A stretch of DNA of 64,000 bases from Francisella tularensis subsp. holarctica (GTDB taxonomy: Bacteria; Pseudomonadota; Gammaproteobacteria; Francisellales; CACEW01): the NCBI GenBank assembly GCA_945879065.1, contig CAMCUU010000002.1, forward strand, positions 3,543-67,542, in the 5' to 3' direction. Shown one piece after another: positions 11,662-20,892 of this stretch. Under the pieces are notes generated by a model. It saw nothing but the letters and a program-made list of their open reading frames with translations. It did not search any database and had not been told where the DNA came from. The first letter of the stretch is position 1; every line of letters starts with the position of its first letter. Made by a program: the position numbers and the translations under genes.

Positions 11662-12382
11662 GGCATCTCTCTTCTTGAATACCTGGAATACCTGGAACTT
11701 GAATTAAAATTTTCTCAATATTGTTAATTTTTATATTTTTATTATTTAAATTTTTAAGCTCAGTAATTTCTAAATCAGTCTCGAGATACTTGCCTTTCAT
11801 GGCCAGAAAAAAATTGGGAGAGGGGGTGTCAGAGGGTTTGATTAATAAATTTTGGCAAGCCAGAAACATATCTGTTAAAGAGCTAAAAGCTCTGGAAATA
11901 ATGATATTAAATTGATTTTTATAGTTTAAATTTTCTCCCGCTTCTTCAGCTCTTAAATTTAAAACTTCGCAATTTTTTAAATCTAATTCATAGATAACTT
12001 GCGTTAAAAATCTGGTTTTCTTCCCATTGCTGTCTAGCAAACTAAAAAATTTGCCAGGACAGGAGTCAGAGTAAGCAATAGCTAAGATTAATCCTGGGAT
12101 TCCAGCACCTGTGCCAATATCAATAATTTTGGTTAATTTATTTTCTGGGTTTTTATTTTCTAGATATTTAATAACACTGAGCGAATCTAAAACATGATGG
12201 GTCAGCATTTTTTTGGGGTCTGTTATGGCCGTTAAGTTATAAGTTTTATTCCATTTATATAATAAATTTAAATAGGCCAAGAGCTGATTAATTTGGGTGT
12301 CTGATAAATTTAAATCTAATGCTTTGACGCCCGCTCGGAGAGGCTGCTCCAGTGTTTTAAAATCCATGGTTATTTTAATCAT
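11645..12382 (-). CDS. rsmG: 16S rRNA (guanine527-N7)-methyltransferase
   Basis: [10 protein letters not shown] and the SAM motif [16 protein letters not shown]. Overlaps the uvrB start by 17 nt. Confidence 0.85.
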   Translation of the reverse strand: MIKITMDFKTLEQPLRAGVKALDLNLSDTQINQLLAYLNLLYKWNKTYNLTAITDPKKMLTHHVLDSLSVIKYLENKNPENKLTKIIDIGTGAGIPGLILAIAYSDSCPGKFFSLLDSNGKKTRFLTQVIYELDLKNCEVLNLRAEEAGENLNYKNQFNIIISRAFSSLTDMFLACQNLLIKPSDTPSPNFFLAMKGKYLETDLEITELKNLNNKNIKINNIEKILIQVPGIPGIQEERCLVKFN

Positions 12383-12449
12383 CTCTTAGCTGAAAAAGCG
12401 GGTATTGTACTGGAGATGCAGCTAGAAAAAACCTAGAAAATAGCGAATT

Positions 12450-13370
12450 TTAAGAGGGGCTTTGTTCAGGAATACAAGGTAAATTATCACCTAGTAAATG
12501 CAGTTTTTGGGCTTTCTGCAAGGCAAAGATTTTTGTCCAAAAGTCTTGCTCAATATCGCGATGATTAATGGGGTAGCAGAAAAAAATAATACTAATTTTT
12601 ATGCCCTTCTCACCCTCTCCAGCAGGCTCAGCACGGACTTTAGGATGTAGGTCAATTAATTTAGCCAGCTCTTTATTATGATCTTTGATATACCGATGGC
12701 AGTAGGTCTTATCGTCTTTATAGCAATCATGTAGCACTTCGCTAATGGCTTTGGCAAACAAGTCTTTAATAGGATTTAAATCAGAATCATAGGGAATTAA
12801 ACACTCGGTTTTATAGCGACACAAATTAGTATCTGGAGAGTAAGTAATAATGGGCTTGGTAATAATCAAACCATTGGGGATTTTGATAGATTTTCCAGTG
12901 GTTTGCCTAATGCCAATTTCATCCGCTTCGTAGATTTTAAAAAACAGGGGGCCAATCGTATGGACATAACCACTGAGCTCTTCGATTTTTATATAGTCAC
13001 CTTCTACAAATATTCCACGCCAGTTAATAATTAACCAGCCGACAAAGTTCATGATGGTTTCTTTATTCGTAATCACTAAGCCTGCCGCGACGATACTTAA
13101 CATGGTAAAAAAATGTTCGAGGCCTTCGATCCAGATTTTTAAAATAATTAAAGCAAAGAGACAGATTGAAATATAAATCACGCGAGAGCGAAATTTGGCC
13201 TGATGTTTTTTGGTGTCATAGCGACGGGCAAAGATCAAATTAGTAAACATCGCCGCACAAAATAAAATAATGGCGGCTAAGACAGAATCAACCAGGCCCA
13301 TAAAAATGGGGTCGTTTAGAAAATTGGGAAAACTAGCCAGATGGGTAGAAATCTTAGAAAGAGCTGACAT
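12450..13370 (-). CDS. MscS-family mechanosensitive channel
   Basis: Three N-terminal TM helices followed by an MscS beta-domain (GDYIKIEELSGYVHTIGPLFFKI). Confidence 0.8.
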   Translation of the reverse strand: MSALSKISTHLASFPNFLNDPIFMGLVDSVLAAIILFCAAMFTNLIFARRYDTKKHQAKFRSRVIYISICLFALIILKIWIEGLEHFFTMLSIVAAGLVITNKETIMNFVGWLIINWRGIFVEGDYIKIEELSGYVHTIGPLFFKIYEADEIGIRQTTGKSIKIPNGLIITKPIITYSPDTNLCRYKTECLIPYDSDLNPIKDLFAKAISEVLHDCYKDDKTYCHRYIKDHNKELAKLIDLHPKVRAEPAGEGEKGIKISIIFFCYPINHRDIEQDFWTKIFALQKAQKLHLLGDNLPCIPEQSPS

Positions 13371-13413
13371 GATTTAATCTCACTTATTTTTTTAATATTT
13401 ATTTTAATTTTAT

Positions 13414-14388
13414 TTAAAGCCATTTTAGAAATTTTAAAATACAAAATTCAGTGATCATGAGTATGAGTAAAATCACACACACAATCCAAAAAGAGAGGGA
13501 GAAACCAGCGCCTGGAATTCCCCCGACATTGATGCCGAGTAAGCCAGTAATAAAACTTAGGGGCATAAAAATCACGGCGACAATAGATAATAAAAATATT
13601 TTGTTATTAATTTGCTCTTGGGTTGCATTCATTAATTCTTCTTGTAATAAATTGGCTCTGTCCCGTGCGCTCTCTAAATCTTCAAGAATTCTAGTCGTGC
13701 TGTCAGCAGATTCTCGCAAGCTGATTTTTTGCAAGTCGCCTAACCAAGGTAATTTATCTAAAGGGAGTCTTAGCAAAGCTTCGCGTTGAGGAATTAAATA
13801 GCGACGAATGCCAATAATTTCTCGGCGATATTCGGATAATTTTTTTCTTTTCTCATGGATATGTTCTTGGCTGTCTTCTAATTGATCCATCTGTTCATTG
13901 ATATCAATGGCTAAGTCAGACATTTTTTCAATAATAGATTCCAAGATTAATCTTAAAATATCCATGCTATTGCTGACTAAAATATCTTGGTTCACTTGGC
14001 TTAAAAGCTTGCCCATAAAGTCCAATGGTTTTCTATGCACAGAGACAATGATTTTTTCATTAATCCAGAGTCTTAAAGAAATCATCTCAGAGGGCTCTTG
14101 GCTATGGTTGGGATTTAAGCAGCGAAGATTTAATAATAATCCCTCTGGTGTGGCCTCGGCTCTGGGGCGCGTTTCGCTGGCTGATAAAGATCGAGCAATA
14201 TATTTAGGAATGCTAGGAACCGCTGAAATAGTTTTCTGAGGGGTGGGGCAGTGGATATTAATCCAGATAAATCCGTCTTTTCTTTCCAGGGCTTCTGGAA
14301 TCTTGGATATTTCTAGATTTTCAGCCGTGCCTTCTGAATAAACAAAAGTGGCTTTGATATTTCTTTTATCTAAAAATTCTAGTGGCAT
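13414..14388 (-). CDS. zntB: CorA/ZntB-family divalent cation transporter
   Basis: C-terminal TM pair with the ZntB-like motif TGLLGINVGGIPG. The track ORF begins at a TTG (14418); the ATG at 14388 is preferred. Confidence 0.78.
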   Translation of the reverse strand: MPLEFLDKRNIKATFVYSEGTAENLEISKIPEALERKDGFIWINIHCPTPQKTISAVPSIPKYIARSLSASETRPRAEATPEGLLLNLRCLNPNHSQEPSEMISLRLWINEKIIVSVHRKPLDFMGKLLSQVNQDILVSNSMDILRLILESIIEKMSDLAIDINEQMDQLEDSQEHIHEKRKKLSEYRREIIGIRRYLIPQREALLRLPLDKLPWLGDLQKISLRESADSTTRILEDLESARDRANLLQEELMNATQEQINNKIFLLSIVAVIFMPLSFITGLLGINVGGIPGAGFSLSFWIVCVILLILMITEFCILKFLKWL

Positions 14389-14573
14389 GGTGTGAAGCTC
14401 CCAGCTTGGCTCAATCAATAACAGCTCAATAGTGCGGGGCCTAGTATAGATTTTGTTTGGGCTAAAAAAATATGAGTTAAAAAAGAGTTTAAGAAAAATT
14501 GAATATGGCTAGTTGATCTGGTATAAAGGCGCCCGTTTTATTGGTTGGAATCATTTGAAATTAAGGAATTGAG

Positions 14574-14810
14574 ATGGCAAGAGTCTGTCAATTAACGGGG
14601 AAAAGACCCATGACAGGGAATAAAGTTTCCCATGCAAATAACAAAACGAAGCGTCGTTTCTTGCCTAACTTGCAGATTCATCGTTTTTGGGTTCCTAGTG
14701 AGAACCGCTACGTCAAACTTCGTATTTCCCACAAAGCCATGCGGACTATTGATAAAAATGGTATCGAGGCAGTGTTGGTAGATCTTCGCGCTCAGGGCGT
14801 TAAAGTTTAA
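14574..14810 (+). CDS. rpmB: 50S ribosomal protein L28
   Basis: [34 protein letters not shown]. Confidence 0.95.
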   Translation: MARVCQLTGKRPMTGNKVSHANNKTKRRFLPNLQIHRFWVPSENRYVKLRISHKAMRTIDKNGIEAVLVDLRAQGVKV

Positions 14811-14835
14811 AAATTAGAAAGTAAGGAGTACTTCC

Positions 14836-15006
14836 ATGGCAAAGAAAGGGAAGGTTGAGAAAATTCGTATGGTCGCTTCTGATGGCTCAGGTCATTTTTA
14901 TACCACGCAAAAAAATAAGCAGAACACCCCAGCAAAATTAGAGCTCTCTAAATTTAATCCGGTTGCTCGCAAACATATGTTGTATAAAGAATCCAAGATT
15001 AAGTAA
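14836..15006 (+). CDS. rpmG: 50S ribosomal protein L33
   Basis: Not in the ORF track because it is under 60 aa. My translation is [56 protein letters not shown], with an AGGAG RBS upstream. Confidence 0.93.
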   Translation: MAKKGKVEKIRMVASDGSGHFYTTQKNKQNTPAKLELSKFNPVARKHMLYKESKIK

Positions 15007-15043
15007 TAAAATTAAGTAATTTTTTAAATTATAAAATTTTAAT

Positions 15044-15071
15044 AAAAACCCAGTTAATTCTGGGTTTTTTC
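15044..15071. terminator. Bidirectional hairpin terminator
   Basis: AAAAACCCAG, loop TTAATT, CTGGGTTTTTT, between rpmG (+) and the 163-aa gene (-). Confidence 0.7.
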
Positions 15072-15096
15072 TTATGTATTTTTTGCTCTTTATTTT

Positions 15097-15588
15097 TTAT
15101 CTGCTGAGGGCAGTCTCGTCACTGATGAGACCGCTGAGAGATAGCGCAGATACCACAGAAGAAGCGGTCAAGAAAAGAGTGCTGATGCCACACAAGGTGC
15201 TGATGACGTTAATACGCAGATTTTTGTAGTGGACATAATCTTTAGCTTTTGCCAATGACAGACCTAGTGCCATGGATGAAAGAGTTCCCAAGGCTAGAAA
15301 GCATAAGCTTGCAGTCAGCAGCTGGGCTTGAGGTGGGCGCTCTTTAGGGTAAGTGGCAGCGACATAGATCTCTTGAAAGACGGGAGGGAGTATATGAATT
15401 GCTAGTCCAAAAGGGCTGACCTGTGCGGCCCATGCTCTCATCAAATCCTCGTCTAAACCCCCTTTTAAGTATTCTTTTATAGAGGCAGCTAGAGAAGAAA
15501 AATAACCTAATGACGCGGGTTCCCTTTTCGTCAGTTCCCCTCTCGCTCTTTCCGCTTGCTGTCTTCTTGTCATAGTTGAACACTCCAT
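15097..15588 (-). CDS. Hypothetical membrane protein (orphan, GC-richer)
   Basis: Charged N-terminus followed by 2-3 hydrophobic segments. No recognised domain. Confidence 0.45.
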   Translation of the reverse strand: MECSTMTRRQQAERARGELTKREPASLGYFSSLAASIKEYLKGGLDEDLMRAWAAQVSPFGLAIHILPPVFQEIYVAATYPKERPPQAQLLTASLCFLALGTLSSMALGLSLAKAKDYVHYKNLRINVISTLCGISTLFLTASSVVSALSLSGLISDETALSR

Positions 15589-15691
15589 CGTAGTTAATTA
15601 AGTTACCCAATTTTTCAAAATTGGGTGGGTCTAAAAACAGGGCCGCGATAAAACAAGAGATCGAAATAAAAAGCAATCTTGTTATTGGGCT

Positions 15692-16225
15692 TTAGATTTT
15701 TTTCAGAATTTTAAACTCGTAGTCATATTGATTTTCTTTATTTTCAGGCAGGGTTTTATCATGAAATTCGGAGTGAGTTAAACACCAGTCAGAAGATTTA
15801 AAAGCTGGAAAAAACGCATCGCCGTTTAGATTCACTTTGACTTCTGTTAAATAAATCTTCGACGCATAGGGTAAGAAAATTTCATAAATCTCAGCGCCGC
15901 CGATAACCATAATCTCGATTATTTCTAGATTGTCTGGATTGTCTGGATTCTCTGGATTCTGAAGATTTAAAACATCTTGGAAATTATTAAATATCTCAGC
16001 CCCTGGAAATTTAAAATTTTGATTTCGAGTTAAAACTATATTTCGTCGCTTGGGTAATATTTTGCCAATCGATTCGAGCGTTTTTCTACCCATGACAATG
16101 GGCTTATTTAAAGTCAGCTCTCTAAATTTTTTTAAATCACTGGGCAAACTCCAGGGGAGTTGATTGTTAATCCCAATGACCTGGTTTAAAGAACAAGCGG
16201 CGATGAGAGAAATATTATTTTTCAT
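15692..16225 (-). CDS. folA: Dihydrofolate reductase
   Basis: ISLIAACSLNQVIGINNQLPW, VMGRKTLESIG, GGAEIY. The track start at 16237 is a TTG; the ATG at 16225 is preferred. Contains an in-frame PENPDNPDN repeat. Confidence 0.9.
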   Translation of the reverse strand: MKNNISLIAACSLNQVIGINNQLPWSLPSDLKKFRELTLNKPIVMGRKTLESIGKILPKRRNIVLTRNQNFKFPGAEIFNNFQDVLNLQNPENPDNPDNLEIIEIMVIGGAEIYEIFLPYASKIYLTEVKVNLNGDAFFPAFKSSDWCLTHSEFHDKTLPENKENQYDYEFKILKKI

Positions 16226-16233
16226 GATAAAAA

Positions 16234-17028
16234 TCAAACCGCAATCGGCGCTTTAATACTCTCGTGATATTTATAATTGACTAACTCAAAATCACTTATT
16301 TCATAGCTGAAAATATCTTTCGCTTTGTTTTTAATTAATAGCTGCGGCGGCGCCAAAGGCTCGCGTGAAAGCTGCTTGGCGACTTGCTCATAGTGATTGC
16401 TGTAAATATGACAGTCACCACCAGTCCAGACAAATTCCCCGAGTTTTAAATCACATTGCTGGGCAATCATATGAGTTAATAAAGCGTAAGAGGCAATGTT
16501 AAAAGGCACGCCTAAGAAAGCGTCTGCTGATCTTTGCATTAATAAACAAGAGAGTTTCCCATCGGCGACATAAAATTGGAAAAAAGCATGACAAGGCGGC
16601 AGGGCCATCTTAGATAATTCGCCGACATTCCAGGCAGAAACAATAATTCTGCGAGAGTCGGGATTAGTTTTTAATTGTTGAATCACATCACTGATTTGAT
16701 CAATCACTTTGCCATCTGTTGTAGGCCAAGCGCGCCATTGATGACCATAGACGGGCCCTAAGTTTCCATGCTCGTCGGCCCATTCGTCCCAGATATGAAT
16801 ATTGTTATCTAAAAGATATTGAATATTGGTGTCACCTTTTAAAAACCAGAGCAATTCGCAAATAACACCCTTCATAAATAATTTTTTAGTGGTGACTGCT
16901 GGAAAGCCTTTGGACAAATCAAAACGCATCTGATGGCCAAAAATACTTAAAGTCCCAGTGCCAGTTCGATCTGTTTTTTCAACGCCTTCGTTTTTAATCC
17001 GTCTTAGAAAATCTAAATATTCTTTCAT
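16234..17028 (-). CDS. thyA: Thymidylate synthase
   Basis: [12 protein letters not shown], and [12 protein letters not shown] containing the catalytic Cys. Confidence 0.97.
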   Translation of the reverse strand: MKEYLDFLRRIKNEGVEKTDRTGTGTLSIFGHQMRFDLSKGFPAVTTKKLFMKGVICELLWFLKGDTNIQYLLDNNIHIWDEWADEHGNLGPVYGHQWRAWPTTDGKVIDQISDVIQQLKTNPDSRRIIVSAWNVGELSKMALPPCHAFFQFYVADGKLSCLLMQRSADAFLGVPFNIASYALLTHMIAQQCDLKLGEFVWTGGDCHIYSNHYEQVAKQLSREPLAPPQLLIKNKAKDIFSYEISDFELVNYKYHESIKAPIAV

Positions 17029-17029
17029 G

Positions 17030-17827
17030 TTAATCCCCTGATTTAACCCTATTTTTTCTGGCCCAATAAATTATCAGAACCCCAGTAATTATCATGGGGA
17101 TGCATAGTAATTGCCCCATAGTAAAAATATTTAAATAAAAGCCTTTTTGAATATCGGGCTCTCTGAAAAATTCTATAAAAAATCTTATTAATCCGTACAA
17201 CACTAAAAACAAACCAGAGACTTCCATGCGAGGTCTTAGCTTTCTGGAGTAGATAAATAAAATTAAAAATAACAAAACCCCCTCGCCCAAGAATTCAAAT
17301 AATTGGGAGGGATATCTGGGATAAGGCCCGCCATTGGGGAAAATCATGCCAATAGGAGAATTAGTCACGCGGCCAAATAATTCGCCGTTGATAAAATTAC
17401 CCAATCTTCCAGCGCCTAAGCCAATAGGGACTAAAGGCGCATAGAAATCAGTCACATCGAAAAATTTGATTTTATTTTTCTTCGCAAAGATCCAGGAAAA
17501 TAATAAGACCCCTAATAAACCCCCATGAAACGACATGCCGCCGTCCCAGAGGTAAAAAATTTCTTTGGGATCACTTAAATAATAAGAAAAGTTATAAAAC
17601 AAAACATAGCCTAATCTTCCACCCAAAATTACACCCAGAGCCCCGAATAATAAGCCTTCTGAGACTAAGTCAGAATTGTTAATGCCCCGCTGCCAGGGTT
17701 TTTTAGATCTAAAAGATCCCAAGATAAAAGCCGAGATAAAGCCCAATAAATACATCAGGCCATACCAGTGGATTTTTAGGGGGCCCAGGGACAGGGCAAT
17801 AGGATTAATGTGGGGGTAAGAAAGCAT
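17030..17827 (-). CDS. lgt: Prolipoprotein diacylglyceryl transferase
   Basis: [44 protein letters not shown]. Confidence 0.95.
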   Translation of the reverse strand: MLSYPHINPIALSLGPLKIHWYGLMYLLGFISAFILGSFRSKKPWQRGINNSDLVSEGLLFGALGVILGGRLGYVLFYNFSYYLSDPKEIFYLWDGGMSFHGGLLGVLLFSWIFAKKNKIKFFDVTDFYAPLVPIGLGAGRLGNFINGELFGRVTNSPIGMIFPNGGPYPRYPSQLFEFLGEGVLLFLILFIYSRKLRPRMEVSGLFLVLYGLIRFFIEFFREPDIQKGFYLNIFTMGQLLCIPMIITGVLIIYWARKNRVKSGD

Positions 17828-17901
17828 GGGATCTTATTAAATTTTTAATTATTTTTAAGATCCCAAACTTTAGCATTGAAGCCCGCTTGGACTGAAGCAA
17901 T

Positions 17902-18381
17902 TTATGCAGGTTCAGTTCCTGGGGTCTCCCCATCATCGGCAGCACCGGCGGTTTTTGTGACTCCAGCTCCAGCTCCAGCTCCAGCTCCAGCTCCAGCTCC
18001 AGCTCCAGCTCCAGCTCCAGCTCCCATTATGACTAATGAGTTTCTATCAGAGGAAGAGCGACGACCGCTGTGATCATATTCTTCTTGGCGGGACTGGTAA
18101 AAGAAGCCTACTTCAGTGCCAGCTTTTTTAAGTAGGGCAATTAAGTAGGAGTTTTCATGCCTGCCCTTGAACTCCGTAAACGCTTCATTTCTAGCGCCGC
18201 CAGTATAATTTGTGTTTATTGGGAGGTGCCGTGCTGCATTGGAAGCGTTTATATAAATAACCCAGGCTATCATAGCCTCCTCATCGGTAAGTTCTTTCAG
18301 TCTAGAAATAAGATCAGTTGCCCCGGCTACTCCAGCCTGGTTTATTTGGTATTCTAATACGGTGATAGCAAAGATTGGCAT
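17902..18381 (-). CDS. Hypothetical small protein with a (Gly-Ala)n tract (paralog 1)
   Basis: 159 aa. Paralogous to 20368..20796, sharing W(V/T)IY.NA.NAA and LxALLK(K/Q)AGT. The GA tract is encoded by (CCAGCT)10 as read on the + strand. Confidence 0.65.
   Translation of the reverse strand: MPIFAITVLEYQINQAGVAGATDLISRLKELTDEEAMIAWVIYINASNAARHLPINTNYTGGARNEAFTEFKGRHENSYLIALLKKAGTEVGFFYQSRQEEYDHSGRRSSSDRNSLVIMGAGAGAGAGAGAGAGAGAGAGVTKTAGAADDGETPGTEPA
17963..18022. repeat. Hexanucleotide microsatellite (CCAGCT)x10, in frame
   Basis: Counted directly. It encodes GAGAGA... on the minus strand. Confidence 0.9.
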
Positions 18382-18413
18382 GAAATAATCTCCTTTATGA
18401 ATTTTTTAAATAT

Positions 18414-18458
18414 TTGTACAAAACGCCGCGCATTATTTCTTTTTTTTTTTGCTGTAAA
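18414..18458 (-). promoter_or_regulatory. Conserved upstream block with a T11 tract (copy 1)
   Basis: TTGTACAAAACGCCGCGCATTATTTC-T11-GCTGTAAA. Identical to 20825-20868 except for tract length. Confidence 0.55.
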
Positions 18459-18616
18459 CCTTGTTTTTACATTAAAAGTCTAATTTTTATTAAGTTTTTA
18501 AATGTCTTTAAAAGCCCAGTGTTTCTGTCAATGCTTGTGTAAATTCCGGCGAGGAAAGTTCTGGAGTACAATGCGCCCTTTTTTCTGGGTACTGGTTTCA
18601 ATAGGGATTTAAAAAA

Positions 18617-20288
18617 ATGACGGTAGATTTTGGGATTGGTGTGAGTAATTTTGCTGAGATTATTAATCTCAAAGCAACTTATATAGACAAGACTTTATTG
18701 ATCAAAGAGCTCTTAGAAGATTTTTCTTCTGTCATTTTATTTCCCCGCCCCAGAAGGTTTGGGAAAACTTTAAATATGACCATGCTCCAGTGTTTCCTAG
18801 ATAGGAAAGACATAGAAAAAAAAAGACTTATTTATTAATTTGAAAATTTCCCAGTATTCAAAAATTTTAAAGCATCAGGGAATCTATCCCGTTATTTTTG
18901 TTTCTCTTAAAGAAATCAAAAAAGATAATTTTAAAGAAGCGCTAGAGGGCATTAGAGTTTTAATTCAAAAACTATTTCACGCCCATCAAGATCTTTATGA
19001 AGAATTAGCGCCACACTACCAAGCTCGATTTGATCGCTTATTAAATCTTGAAGGCTCCAATGCTGAGTTGGCCCAAAGCTTGCAATTTTTATCTGAAATT
19101 CTAGAGAAAAAATATGATCAAAAAGTCTGGATCTTAATCGACGAATACGACACGCCCTTGCAGCAGGCTTGGATGAAAGATTTTTACGAGCCCATGAAAT
19201 CTTTTATGCAAAGTTTTTTAGGCGCGGCTTTAAAAGACAATACTTCGCTTTATAAAAGCGTCTTAACTGGAATCATGCGGGTCTCGAAAGAAGGTTTATT
19301 TTCGGATTTAAATAATATCAAAGTCCATTCAATGCTTTCTGAAAGATATGCTTCTTATTTTGGTTTTACTGAAAAAGAGGTGGACTGGATTTGCCAAGAG
19401 GCTGGTTTATCAGATCAGCGTGAAAAAGTGCGTGAATGGTACAAGGGCTATCAGTTTGGTGACTTAGCGATTTATAACCCCTGGTCCATTATTAATGTTG
19501 CAACAGAGAAAATATTTGAATCTTATTGGGTTCAAACGGGTTCCAGTCAAATTCTTGAAGATCTAATAGCCAAATCTTCCGATGAATTTAAATCGGATTT
19601 TGAAGCTTTAATTCAGGGTAAAAATATTAAAAAATCTATTAGTGAAAGAATCTCTTTCCCAGAAATTAAAAATAGAGTTGAAGATTCTATTTGGGCCTTT
19701 TTATTATTCGCTGGGTATTTGAAAATTACTCATAAAGAAAGTACTAACCAAGATCCTATTTGCCAGCTGCAAATTCCGAACGAAGAAATCAAAGGGATTT
19801 ATCAAAGTTATTTTTTAGGCTGGCTGAAAAAATCTAATTCAAGACAGGGCGAAAAAATGCTGGATGCCTTAGTTGCTGGAGATGTGATTAATTTCGAGAA
19901 AAACTTTACCAGCTATTTACAAGAAACTCTGTCTTATTTTGATTTTGGAAAAACCATTCATCCTGAAAAATTTTACCATGCCTTAGTACTTGGCATGCTC
20001 GTGTATTTAAGAGCCACTCATCAGGTTTTATCTAATCGAGAGTCTGGGTTTGGAAGATATGACGTCATGATTATTCCCAAAGATGTTTCAAAACTGGGGA
20101 TTATTATTGAATTTAAACTCGCAGAGTCGGGGTCCAATAAAATCATGGCACAAGAAGCAGAAAGTGGTTTGGCGCAAATAGATGCTAAGAATTACCAGTC
20201 GGAATTAAATGCCAGAGGGGTTGGTCAGATTTTAAAAATCGCCATTGTGTTTTTCAAAAAGAAAGTACTGATTTTGCATGAGAGATAA
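18617..20288 (+). pseudogene. AAA-ATPase-like / PD-(D/E)XK nuclease (PDDEXK_9-type) gene, frameshifted in an A9 run
   Basis: The N-terminal ORF (YIDKTLLIKELL, RPRRFGKTLNMTML) ends at 18838 and the protein continues in another frame from 18840. The A9 tract lies at 18816-18824. The C-terminal motif GRYDVMIIP...IIIEFKL is present. Confidence 0.8.
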
Positions 20289-20367
20289 AAAAATCGGGAT
20301 CTTTAATCACTTTACTTATTTTAAGATCCCGAGTTTTGGTATTGAAGCGCGCTTGGACTGAAGAAGT

Positions 20368-20796
20368 TTATGGAAGAGAGGCGCCCCATTCCCACGCAGC
20401 ATCAGAATAATCAGCAGGGCCTACGGTTACTATGGCTCCAGCTCGAGCTCGAGCTCCAGCTCCAGCGAAAGGGGTAGCAGTACCAGCCATGGAAGCCGCC
20501 TGTTCTTTTTCGCGCTTCTGGTAAAAAAGAGCTAAGTCAGTTCCAGCTTGTTTAAGTAGGGCAACTAAGGAGGAGTTTTTATCCCTGCTCTCGAAGTCGG
20601 TACACTCAGCCTCGGTAGCGCCTGATGCATAGAATGCCCTTTGAGTGGGGGTCTTTGCTGCATTGTAAGCGTTGCTATAAATGGTCCAGCATATTGCATT
20701 TACATCATCGCCAAGGCTTTTCAGTATAAGAGTAAGATCAGACACACTAGGCAACCCAGTGTGATTTTGACCGGCAATGAAAAAAGAAAATTTCAT
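20368..20796 (-). CDS. Hypothetical small protein with a short GA/RA tract (paralog 2)
   Basis: The ATG at 20796 matches the paralog-1 start context (CATGAAATAA). C-terminal FAGAGARARAGA. Confidence 0.65.
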   Translation of the reverse strand: MKFSFFIAGQNHTGLPSVSDLTLILKSLGDDVNAICWTIYSNAYNAAKTPTQRAFYASGATEAECTDFESRDKNSSLVALLKQAGTDLALFYQKREKEQAASMAGTATPFAGAGARARAGAIVTVGPADYSDAAWEWGASLP

Positions 20797-20824
20797 GAAA
20801 TAACCTCGCTTATGGATTAAGTAG

Positions 20825-20868
20825 TTGTACAAAACGCCGCGCATTATTTCTTTTTTTTTTGCTGTAAA
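20825..20868 (-). promoter_or_regulatory. Conserved upstream block with a T10 tract (copy 2)
   Basis: Same sequence as 18414-18458 with one fewer T. Confidence 0.55.
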
Positions 20869-20892
20869 AAAGTCGAATTTTTTATTAAGTTT

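Larger units (their letters stand above)
17828..18503. repeat. Segmental duplication, copy 1 (GA-repeat gene plus both flanks)
   Basis: Aligns with 20296-20900. Both copies share the 3' hairpin GGGATCTT(A)...(T)AAGATCCC, the ATTGAAGCnCGCTTGGACTGAAG block and a 44/45-nt upstream block. Confidence 0.8.

Noticed and set aside
15344-15676. A 110-aa ORF overlapping the 163-aa ORF on the minus strand.
   Set aside because: It is in an alternative frame of the same region. The 163-aa frame has a more protein-like hydrophobic pattern, though neither is strongly supported.
17876-18073. The (Pro-Ala)n ORF on the + strand, 17876..18073.
   Set aside because: It is the antisense reading of the (CCAGCT)n repeat. 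The minus-strand 159-aa ORF is longer, has a paralog at 20368..20796, and has conserved start and flank context.
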